Below the pieces are notes generated by a model. It ran no database searches and was not told where the DNA came from. It saw only the letters and a program-made list of their open reading frames with translations. From NCBI RefSeq assembly GCF_002571385.2, contig NW_019218183.1, positions 227,993 to 291,992 of the forward strand: a stretch of DNA of 64,000 nucleotides. Reading direction: 5' to 3'. Below, piece after piece: positions 25,318-35,708 of this stretch. A program made the translations under genes and the position numbers. How positions within the stretch are numbered: position 1 is the stretch's first letter; each line of letters opens with the position of its first letter. The stretch comes from Stylophora pistillata (lineage: Eukaryota).

Positions 25318-25620
25318 TCACCCAAAACGCTCGTCATGTATCTGTGGATATCGTCGTAACTTTTGTGCCCCGTACTCCTTGTGGGACGTATTCATATTAC
25401 ATGGACTGCGTTGTTCTGCACTTCCCTCAGCTCTAAGAAAATAACCTGTGGGCTCCCTCTCTGCTGCTAAGGCTCTCTGATTCTCTCTGGCGAACGCAAC
25501 ACGAGCTCTTTCGTTCCCTGATGGTCGGATGTCTCTTACCATGTTGTAGATTTTCATCATACAGCAAAGAACAACAACCAACAGGAGGAGACAAGCAGAA
25601 CTGACAAACTCAGCAATCAT
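25318..25620 (-). CDS. Small tandem-family protein copy 5 (100 aa; ends RRYPQIHDERFG; candidate RFamide precursor)
   Basis: Intact ORF. An in-frame stop upstream fixes the start. Acceptor TTTCTTTTCAG at ~25664. AATAAA (-) at 24167-24172 and 24142-24147. Confidence 0.78.
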   Translation of the reverse strand: MIAEFVSSACLLLLVVVLCCMMKIYNMVRDIRPSGNERARVAFARENQRALAAEREPTGYFLRAEGSAEQRSPCNMNTSHKEYGAQKLRRYPQIHDERFG

Positions 25621-26080
25621 GATTGGCGCGAATGAGCTCCAGCTACCATGTCTTCACAAGCTTCTGAAAAGAAATAGATTAGAGCCGCTAAGACAAGGAA
25701 GCCGCCGGCTTTGTTCAATTAATCACCCTTTCGCCCAGATAACTTTGATCCACTCTGCTCGTTGAAAACGTGGGAAATGTTGTTTATAGTATATAGGAGT
25801 CTTAACCTTATGTATTTTGAGTACGTGAGTGTAGTTTAGTTAAAGTACTCAAGCATCAGACATATATTAATTTAGGTAGTTTCTCCTTTTTTCTAGATCT
25901 TTTTAAAGCGGTTAATTGCCTTTACATATCACGACTCGTGACTCGTGACTCGCGACTCATGATTCCGGTACTCGCCGCCCACCAATCGCTGGCCGTCGCT
26001 CGCCAATCAAACGATGCTGGTGAGATTACCAAAGTTATCTTAAATTCTGGGAAAACCCCCATGACGTAATTTCGTGAATA

Positions 26081-26184
26081 CCTAACACTAACACCTAACA
26101 TCTAACACCCAACACCTAACACCTAACACCTAACACCTAACACCTAACACCTAACACCTAACACCCAATACCTAACACCTAACA
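26081..26184. repeat. Heptamer microsatellite (CCTAACA)n
   Basis: About 14-15 units of CCTAACA with a few variants. A short (GACTCGT)n run lies at ~25931-25962. Confidence 0.9.
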
Positions 26185-26390
26185 GCAATATTTTCACTGC
26201 CACCATTTCACGAGCTGTCACCATTAGTCATTCATCATGCGGGTGGCAAAGTATAAACTATACCACTATGACAGAGGGCAATATAGTGGCATCAAAGAAA
26301 TGCGCATTTATTGTGGAAAGGAGAATATAGATTGCTCACTCGACAGAGGGCAGTTGACGAACGGCTAACGGCGGATGGTGGAAATAAAAA

Positions 26391-26525
26391 NNNNNNNNNN
26401 NNNNNNNNNNNNNNNNNNNNNNNNNNNNNNNNNNNNNNNNNNNNNNNNNNNNNNNNNNNNNNNNNNNNNNNNNNNNNNNNNNNNNNNNNNNNNNNNNNNN
26501 NNNNNNNNNNNNNNNNNNNNNNNNN
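26391..26525. other. Assembly gap (N run)
   Basis: Run of N. Confidence 0.99.
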
Positions 26526-26851
26526 CACAGACGGACAGCCAGTTTTTTTTTCTGAATGTGAGTTAGCTAAAACGCTACTTTGCAGGTAATGAAATATAAA
26601 CAAGTTCGTAGTTTTTCAATTGCGTTTTTAACTTTCCAATTAACAATTCTGACGAGTTTCTACAAGTGGCTTCGTTTCGCAATGTTTGTTATTTCTATTT
26701 ATATTTTCCGTGTCCGCCATCTGTTGAACTCGTTACAAATCATTCGTTACCATGGTAACGCGATGGCTTTTTAAAAACATCCTTGACCTTCAATTAGTCT
26801 TCTTCCGACTGTGCTCGGCAACTTTTGAGCAACTTTTGGCGTTTGAAGCTT

Positions 26852-26883
<32 letters not shown>

Positions 26884-27998
26884 TTTTGCGGTTCAGGCAA
26901 CATCGAGCAAGTTTTGCGTTTCTTGCATGAGCAATTTCTGAACAATATTTTGGTTTAGAACGCGTTTCAAGCACGCTTAGTCAACGATTTCATAGAAGAC
27001 TTGAATTCGTGCGAACTTTTTTATGTTTATCAACCTTTAAAACACATAAGTGGCAAATTGACAACGTTTCGCAAGCCTATTATCTAATTTCAGAACTGAT
27101 AACCGGTTAAAAATACGCACAAAAAAAGCCATATTTGTTAATTTATTTTTCAGCGATTTTGTTTCAAGCTATTTTTGTTGAACGACGTTAGTAATTCTTG
27201 CGAAAAACGAAAACGTATTTTTTTAATTATTTTTAATTTAAAGATATCGAGAAATTCAGGCAGGAAATTGTGAAATTTAGCAAGCAACTTTTTCGATTTA
27301 TCCTTGCCATTTTTTAGCATGCGATTTACGAGCACAATCATCATTTTATATTTTTATCTATTCATCCCGCTTCCACACGGTGAGGGTATCGGTACGTACC
27401 ACTTAGTCCCACTAAAAAGTGGTCGTTCGTTACCATAACAACGCAAGCGCCTTTAATAAACATCCTTGAGCCGGTTCCTCGTGATCAATCAACATCGATC
27501 CCTCAAGTTTTTCATGATGATTAACCAAAAACGGATAAACTTAAGTGGACTAATCAAAGGGTCGTGAGGGTGATATAACAAAGATATTGCCTTTCAGACT
27601 TGCTTCATCCTGTCTGCAAAACCCCTGAGCGATTTGGCACGAACACGAGCAGTCTCCTTACTAAACAAACATTATCTGTGGATTGTAAAGGATCTGACCA
27701 ATTAACAGGAATTAAGAAATTAAAGGAAATATAACAATACCCACTACTTTATTGGTAGTTATTTCGGATATTTTTCTTCCTCAAGGCGAGGTTCTTAAAG
27801 TACATTCCTGAGGGCGTCACTTGACCAATCATCTCGCGCGTGTATCGTTCCATCTAATGGGATCACTGAATTTGGACATAGGCCGTTTATATCCGGTTTT
27901 ATCCGTAGTTAAACAGAGCACTCAAGTCAAGATTTGCTGTCATTTCCCTTGAGATTACAAACCAGTTGTGTTTGATTTCGCTGGCGCGTGTTTCAAGA

Positions 27999-28886
27999 AT
28001 GAGGTTTACGACCAAAGTGTCGTCTACGCAGGAGACAAGAGTTGCTGAATCGGCGACATCCGATCAGACTTTAACATTCTCCGTTAAGAAATCGGAGGTC
28101 TCTAATGGCGCGACTATCACAGATTCGGAGAGCGAGGGAGCTGTCGGCGGAGTACCGCTCAAAAAATCAAGTACACTCAACGTAAACCGCGAACAAATTG
28201 AAGATTTCACCCGCGTCCGCGACAAAATATTCCCTGTGATCAAAGCGCGCTCTTGGATAGACGCCACGAAGGATTTACTCGTCAGAATAGATCCCAAGAA
28301 CAAAGCGGGTGTCTTGTTCACGCCACTGAAGAATATTCCTGGTGCAAAACTTGGTTACACGCTAGCGATCGTCGACGACAGTCAAAGCACCGATTCACTT
28401 AAATATATCTCGACGAGCCATTTAGAAGCGTGGATCACCTCGGAGAGTGTTCTTCAAGAGGTGGCGCTAAAAAATCTAGAACAAAAGCTGGACGATCGGG
28501 GAGAACATCTCTGGGCTCAGAGTAAGGCAGGTATTCACTACATTGATAATTTGGGAGCGATATCAGCATCTGTTGTCTTACTCCCGCGTTTCATAGCACG
28601 TTTGGATGTGGAGATTGGCGACGCTGTCATTGTGGTGCCTTCGAGTGATCTCTGCATGGTTGTGGGATCTAAAATGGAGACGCGGCTCTGCATCGTAGGA
28701 GAAATGTCCCTTCGATATTCCAGTGATCCGCATCATTTGAACGCGATCCTTCGTTTGAACAAGTCAAGAATGGTAATTGCAATATACACACCGAAATCTT
28801 ACGCCGGAGAATTTCCCGTCCCCTCGACTCTCGAAGAAGTCGCTGGCCTAAAATTAAGGGTACCTCTGATTAAAAGAAAAAAATAA
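27999..28886 (+). CDS. Intronless uncharacterised protein (295 aa) resembling the bacterial DUF1444/YtpQ (UPF0354) family
   Basis: First ATG at 27999. After a low-complexity N-terminus, the blocks KIFPVIKARSW, AIVDD..DSLKYISTSHLEAW..SESVLQEVALKNL, YIDNLGAISASVVLLPRFI and GDAVIVVPSSDLCMVVGS follow the order I recall for DUF1444 (IYPVIR..; D...YRLI...IREMALFN; NDGYDASRIL; GEM.VAVP.QDVLII). The family call is by eye. Confidence 0.7.
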   Translation: MRFTTKVSSTQETRVAESATSDQTLTFSVKKSEVSNGATITDSESEGAVGGVPLKKSSTLNVNREQIEDFTRVRDKIFPVIKARSWIDATKDLLVRIDPKNKAGVLFTPLKNIPGAKLGYTLAIVDDSQSTDSLKYISTSHLEAWITSESVLQEVALKNLEQKLDDRGEHLWAQSKAGIHYIDNLGAISASVVLLPRFIARLDVEIGDAVIVVPSSDLCMVVGSKMETRLCIVGEMSLRYSSDPHHLNAILRLNKSRMVIAIYTPKSYAGEFPVPSTLEEVAGLKLRVPLIKRKK

Positions 28887-29964
28887 TTCGTAGAAATGCA
28901 TCTTAATTGAGATTTCCACTTTATTTGGTAATAAACACTGCTAGAAATAACAAAGGCCACACAATGGGCATTGTGTAAACACTTGAAGCCAGCCCCTACT
29001 TCGTATCGTATCACGCTCTGTGTATACGTTGCTTAACTAAACTTAAGTATTATGAACCAGGTTTAAATTGGCTGATAAAGTAGAGAACATTCTGTCTGCT
29101 GAGAAATTTTTGAAATTTTAACGGCAAACCGATGACCTTAACTTTTTTTAAATTGAATAAGACACAAATCACTTGCAAACATCTTGTCAATTTACTTAAT
29201 ATGCTAAATCTGAAAATAGCGTCAGCGACCTGCTGGGTCCGAAGGGATTTGAAAGGTGTACAAAGGAATTATTATTTTGTCTTGTTCACAGTGTCTCTAC
29301 CAATTTTAATGGTTCTGATTCCTTATACAGTGCGGCTTGAAACATGACAATAATTAAGATTAAACTAGACATTTTGCTTCAACTTTTTCCTGAGGCTTAG
29401 TCGACATCCTTTCCTAAAATATGAAAGCTCTTGTAATCCTTCCTTGTGACTGTAACTAAGACTGTTCGCAGGGATTGCGTCACCGAGACAGTCATGTAAC
29501 GCAACCTCGCTGTTAGGGGTTTCTCCGTTAGCTTTCAAGATGGCGGCTGATCACGTGAGAAAATGTTTGAGAAACCTCGACGATCTCGACGGGGGAGGTT
29601 GTGCAATTTATTTGCTCGAGCACCGTGTAATACTGAGTAGGCGCCTTTGCAGTCTGAGGGAGGGGTTGGCGATAAAAAAACAGTTACGGGAGGGTGGATA
29701 TTCGGTAGATTTCAGGAAGAGTAATTTAAAGAGAGAGATGCAGCAGAGTTTCTTTCTGTGACAATAAGCACTTAATTACCAACAATGTCTTGCATGCCAC
29801 GACCATTCTCAAAAAGCAATGAATACAGAAGCTCTCCTTCTTAATTCTGCGCAGGATACAAATCATTTCAGTGGCCCCTTTAAACTAGCAGTTTCGTCCT
29901 CGAGATCGTAACCGTGACAAGAAAAAGTTGTAGTCTGTTCATCGCCCACTATGTTGTATCTTAA

Positions 29965-30839
29965 GGACCATCCACAACACACACAAAGCTGCGACACTGT
30001 CCTTTTAAAACCAAAGATAATTCAATACTGGTAAATCAGTTCAATTAAACACAAGGAGTAAACTTTCTATCCTACCTGATGTCTCGTATTGACAGTCTTT
30101 ACAGTCAATGGGATTGCGTTGGGGGCTGTTTGGGAGACTGGCATCCTTTGACTACGCTACAAATGTTCTTGTGTCAAAATTCTGGCTTCGCTTGTGGATA
30201 AAACTCGTTAGTTTGAGCCAACGGCTATCAGTTTTGATAGCTAAGGTGAAATCTCCCTAGCCGGCTACTCATTCATTTTTTTTCAAGCGCGTAGACCAAA
30301 AGGGGGAAAAGAGTCAACTTGAAGAATCACAAATGAGAGGATGGGCTGGAAGAATTGTCCTTCTTTTTTCAGCAACCGGGTTAAAAATTCCCCAAATGAG
30401 CAAAATTTGTTTCACTAACCATGAGAGAACACAGCAGTCACACGCCAGCGCATGAGCGAACGTTGTAATGATTAGGGTGTCCTGCCAGGCTTTCAGAACC
30501 ATGTCGCCTTATACAAGGTACAAATGACCACGAGTAAGTTGCAGTGTTTTAAAAACGTAATTTTTCTGGTAAAACTAAAAAAAGGTAAATTAAGATATCC
30601 GAACTGCAATAAGTTTTGTTTTCCTTAAGTCTTGAGTTTTCTTTTCCCCTTCTTTTGTTTCCTCATACAGATTTCTATGAACATTTCAACTTTAATTTCT
30701 TTCGCATATTTTTCATCGACAGCGCTTGTTTCTTAGGCTTTTCTTTGGGATGTTGTGCGGGAAATTGGCGCGTGCGCGGCCAAAATTTATCGCCTCGCGC
30801 ATGCCCGATGTTTGACTTCTGTGTTATATGAAAGGGCCC
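29965..30839. mobile_element. Putative non-autonomous Kolobok-like DNA transposon
   Basis: TTAA on both sides (29961-64, 30840-43). GG...CC termini with imperfect ~24-bp TIRs (GGACCATCCACAACACACACAAAG / CTTCTGTGTTATATGAAAGGGCCC). Confidence 0.45.
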
Positions 30840-31087
30840 TTAATTGCAACTGTTAAGGAAATTAGAAAATTATTGAAACAGAAAGAAACTTAAACAAATT
30901 CATTGACTATTACTTAACGTTTAAAAATTATATTTATCTTCCACTTTAGACTTTTGCTGTTTGTTCAAAACTATACTTCCCAGTCTTAATCAAAGGAAGG
31001 GTTTGATTGAAGTTTTACAAATCTATATCAGTACAAAAAGAAATTAACACAGTTTTCCTAGAATTATCGACGTTGGACTTCTCTTGA

Positions 31088-33887
31088 CTACAATTCCTTT
31101 AGTTGTGCTAATGTTGTCTTCAGGAGATTCATATGCGCCTGAGGAAAAAAAAAAAGGAGATGGTTCGCGATATTTGCTCAGCCAGAGTTATGATCTGATG
31201 TAATTTGATGTCATAGCTTTTAATAGAGTCAACAAGCCCGGTTATATTGAAAAATAAGGGAAACCTTTGAGGTGCACTCACTGAAAAAAAAAAGCCCGCG
31301 CTGACAGCAATTCAGTGATGCAAGGGGAATCATTTCTTTTTCATAACCCAGTGCGATTCATCATTATTGCCTGCCAAGCCAGAAAGTAACCCTAAATAAT
31401 TGCACATCTACATAGAAGCAGCGAGAAAAAAAAGTCCTGCCTCAGAACCCAGGGACTACGCAATTAGGACTCCATTAGGACTACGCAAAACTGATTACTG
31501 ACTACTTGTTACAGAAAATGAGCAATTATTTCCCATCTAAATCCTTCATCATCTTTGCCTTCTTTGCTACTCAGCACTAATTGACACACTTGGTGGTTGG
31601 AATCATTGTATCTCTCCTAGTATGTGATCAATTGTCTTACCATTGACTTTGGAAGCAGAAGTCTGATAAAGAGAATGAAACGCAAAGTCTTAAAGAAGAC
31701 TGCAGAAATTTGAAATGATTCATTCAAAAGTACCTTAGCATGTTTGAGCTCCAGTTCTGCCCGTTCGGTCTGGAATAAGAAAAATTTGAAATGATGAGTT
31801 GTTGGTACTAAGGCAAGCTTTCTTGACACACAAATTGCCACTATCCGTGTAAAAAAACACATCAGTGTTAGTTAAATTGCTTTCACACCAGGAAACAGAG
31901 GAGTCATATTTGACTCCCGGATTGCATTAATGTTTTCTCCAGGAGGGCAACTGGCCAAACTTTTTGATCTGAAATTCTTTATAAGATAAACTTTGATGGT
32001 CAAACCAGGTGGGCAAAACCTTCCTTAAAAGTGGTCAATTTGCCCAGTGCCCAGTGCCCAGTGCCCAGCCCTTAACGAAACTCCTGTTTGACTTTCTTCT
32101 ACCTTTTTTGACATAAAAATTTCTTTCACTCATACAAACTACAATGCTGTTAGTTGAGTTGCTTTAGCAAAGAGAGTGAAGGAGTCATAATGACTGTCTT
32201 TCTACCTAAATTCACCCTACTATTGCTGCATGCCTTTTTTTGTTGATTGCCCCTTAATACAAGCAATTGTGTTGCAGGTCTATTTATACCCTATCCACTA
32301 TATGGCTCAACAGTGGTTAGCCCAGAAACCTTTTGGAATATGGCAAGCTTGCAATTTTCATCTTCTGGATTGGATTGCAATTGATGCATCAACTCTTCAA
32401 CTCCCAAAAGTAATTAAAATATAACTTTCCCAAAATATTAATGTATTATTCAGAAAACAAACAAAGAGAATATTCAGACTTATCAAGAACAAGTTGTCTT
32501 TACCTAACACCAAATTCTTGTAAATGTTTTACAAGAAAATGTGTAACATTTAGAAGGAAGAATTAGCAATGAGATCTTAAGAGTTAAAGGCTGTGCAATT
32601 GCATCTATTAGCATTCAATCCACATAACCAATTTGCAGTGCAGTTGTACTGGAAATAGAATCTATTTTCATAAAAGCATTATTTCAACACCTACTCACCA
32701 TGTTCTTTCTGAATTGTTGGACCCTTCTTGTTTTGAAGTCTGTCAGTTCTAATGAAGAAGTAAAACATCTAGTTGAAGATACAAGTTGACAAAGCCACTA
32801 TATCTGTTTACTTGGCTGAGAAAAAAAAAAACTGCATTCCCAGTGCTTTCCATAACATTTGCCACACATTTGGATTAACCCTTCACACTGTTACATCAGT
32901 ATGCATATTCTCTATACAGTTACTCTCTAAATTTCCTGAGTTGCTGACAAGGAGAATTTGTATGACAATCAAGAAGTTCTTTAGTTAGTGAACATTTCTT
33001 TTTTTCCTGTTACCTCAATGTTTGATTCAAGGATGACACTGTAAGGAGAAACTACATGTTAATCAGTCTTAGGAGCAAAGGATTACAGAACAAAAACAAG
33101 TGCAAGAGATGCCCTTCCTGGTTGTTGTAACCCTGAACTCCCACGAGTGATTAAGATGTAGTTTCTTCCTATGGTAACCATACATTATCCAGGATATAGG
33201 TAATGAGAATACTCAAACTTATCAGCTAAAAGATGTTATCTTGATCTTAAACCAAATTCTTGCAACTAATATATATGATATTATATATATACAAGGCTAA
33301 AAGATTAAGAAAAATTATTAATATGTTAAAACCAAACGTTTTCAGCTGTTTGCCATCATCAGGGTTGAAAGTGTTGACTGTCTGTACATACATATATATC
33401 TTATGTGATTCCCAATGGGAAAAGTTTGGAGACATAAGAAATAACTTGTTTGATCAAACTTGGGGCAGAATTGTTGGATCATTAGCCCCTCGGTGATCCT
33501 ACACTTGTGGAATGTTTCTGCTGAGGAGAGAATACGCCAAAATTTGAAGTGGCTAGAGAGGAAAATTAACAATCAGATGTTGGGCGTTGAAGAGTTTTAG
33601 TCCCTTCACTAGTTTATTTTCATTGACATCTGCTTTGCAAAATTATTTTAGAAATTTATATCAAGATTGCATGCAGTTACCTTGCTTGGCTACTTCTGAA
33701 ATGTGTTCAAATTTTTCACTTGCAGTCTGTTGGGCAGTTTCAGCCTGAAACAGAAAGCAAAAAGAAAACATTCCCTTATTTCAAGAAAAAAAACAAATCC
33801 ACAGATGTTTCTTTTTTTTCTTTCTCAAATCTAGCTGCTTTTAATCAAGTTTCCAGTTATAATTGCTTCCAGTTTGCTATCAATAGC

Positions 33888-33929
<42 letters not shown>

Positions 33930-35668
33930 TAATAATAATTTAAGGTGGCTCTTCTTTGCCACTGTTTCCAGGCCAATTGGAATTCAGAATGTCAGTTTTG
34001 TGGAGGGTGAAAATCTGTTGGAGCAAGGACAAGAACCACCAACAAACTCAACCCACATGTAATGCCCAATCTAGGAATCAAACCCAGACCATCACAAGCT
34101 CTCTTACCACTGCAACAACCCATCACTCAGCAAAAGGCAAAATGAAAGTTCTTAATTCACAACCATAGGTTGCATAAAATAATAAAAAAAAAAAACTGTT
34201 ATGATATTTTTTCAATTCTTATGTAAACTTGATGACTAACAATTTGAGAAATAAGACTAGACTCAAAGAGAGGGGTAGATGATAAGCTTTAACACTAAGG
34301 AGATCTCATAAAACATCAGTTCTCTGAGTACTTACAGCTGCAATTTCTTTACCCTTCACCCTTGCTTTGTCCAGAGCTTTATTAGCATTTTCATAATCAG
34401 CTAAACATCTTGCCCTGCGGTAAAGAAAGTTCTTGGCAGCATCTGTGTCTCGCACATAATATCTGAGCAAATCAGACGTTTTGAGATCTTGGTCAGAAGC
34501 CACACGGCCCTCCAACTTGCGAGCTTTTTCAAAATATTCAGACACCTGGGGAGAAAAACAAATGGTTAGGAATTATTTTACTTTGCTTGCATCATTGACA
34601 TGCTCTAAATAAGCATGGTTATGTTGGTTCCCTTGGTTGAATTATCAGGTTCCATTTGGAAAAAATTTTCCTTTCCATTGAATTACTTGATCGTCTTTAC
34701 CTCATGTATATCTAAAAGTCTGTATTGGTGTTCATTTAGATACTGTATGTTTTCAATTCAAGAAATGTATAAAGCATTTATCAAATCTGAATAAAACTTA
34801 AAAAGAAAAGAACAAAACAGAGATTCTCAAAAAGTTTAATGTAAGCTCTGACTCCAAAGTGAGCACAAGCTGCTGACAACCCTACTCCAAAAAATAATTA
34901 CCTTGTTCAGAAAGCGATCTATTTCCATGTATTCACTGGTGCCCATCTGGGAAATGCAGCTAGAAATCCTTATAAAAGAATCAGCCACATTCTTGTGAGT
35001 TTTTGTCATACGATCTGCGTGACGAGTAGAATCCTTTAACCTGCAAAAGAAAGTTACCAAAGAAAGCATTGGAGTAGAATAAAATAGCCATTATGTTTAC
35101 TTGAGATCTAATAACTGCACATGGCTGGACAGATTTAATATTTGCCACTCTTTCTACCCTAACATCAGTATACATATTCTCTATACAGTTCTCTATCAGG
35201 GCTGTGGTCGAGCAGCACCCTGAGGTCCCTGGTGCCTTACTTTTGCTCTTGGGCGACTCAGAAATCTTAGTTTTTTCATAAAAAGCATATGCTGGGCACC
35301 CTGGATTTCACAGTTTCAGAGCATTGGGCTCCCTTCAATTTTTCAAAGAGCACAGCCCTGTCTATGCATTTCTAAAGTGCTAACAAGGAGAATTTGCTTG
35401 ATGATCGAGAGCTTCTTTAGTTGGTGATTATTTCCTTTATTCTCATAACCATAACATTTGATTTAGGGCTGACAATGTTAAGAGAAATTAGATGCTAGTC
35501 ACTCTTGGGAGTCAAAGGGTTCAGTGGAATAATTGTTTTAAAAAAAATGTTAAATTAAATTATTAAATTTTATTAAATCATTCAGCTCCCTTTTAATTTA
35601 AGCTGAAGCATACGCTTACCATATTTGTAGATTATGGTATATTGACTCATATATCGTAACGGCTAAGT

Positions 35669-35708
<40 letters not shown>

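Larger units (their letters stand above)
9340..25870. repeat. Tandem segmental duplication array carrying the small-gene family
   Basis: Collinear non-coding similarity: ~9340-10400 vs ~20520-21840; ~11560-11890 vs ~22210-22550; ~11905-12250 vs ~23510-23840; ~12600-13640 vs ~14610-15290 vs ~23890-25318; ~14075-14540 vs ~19255-19740. Confidence 0.85.

Noticed and set aside
26081-26184. True telomere or interstitial telomeric array
   Set aside because: The unit is 7 bp (TTAGGTG), not TTAGGG, and the array is short and internal.
27999-28886. Bacterial contamination as the explanation for the DUF1444-like ORF
   Set aside because: Provisionally rejected: no operon context or neighbouring bacterial genes, AT-rich animal-type flanks with a poly(A) signal, and gap-free continuity to SNX6. 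Read-level confirmation is still needed.
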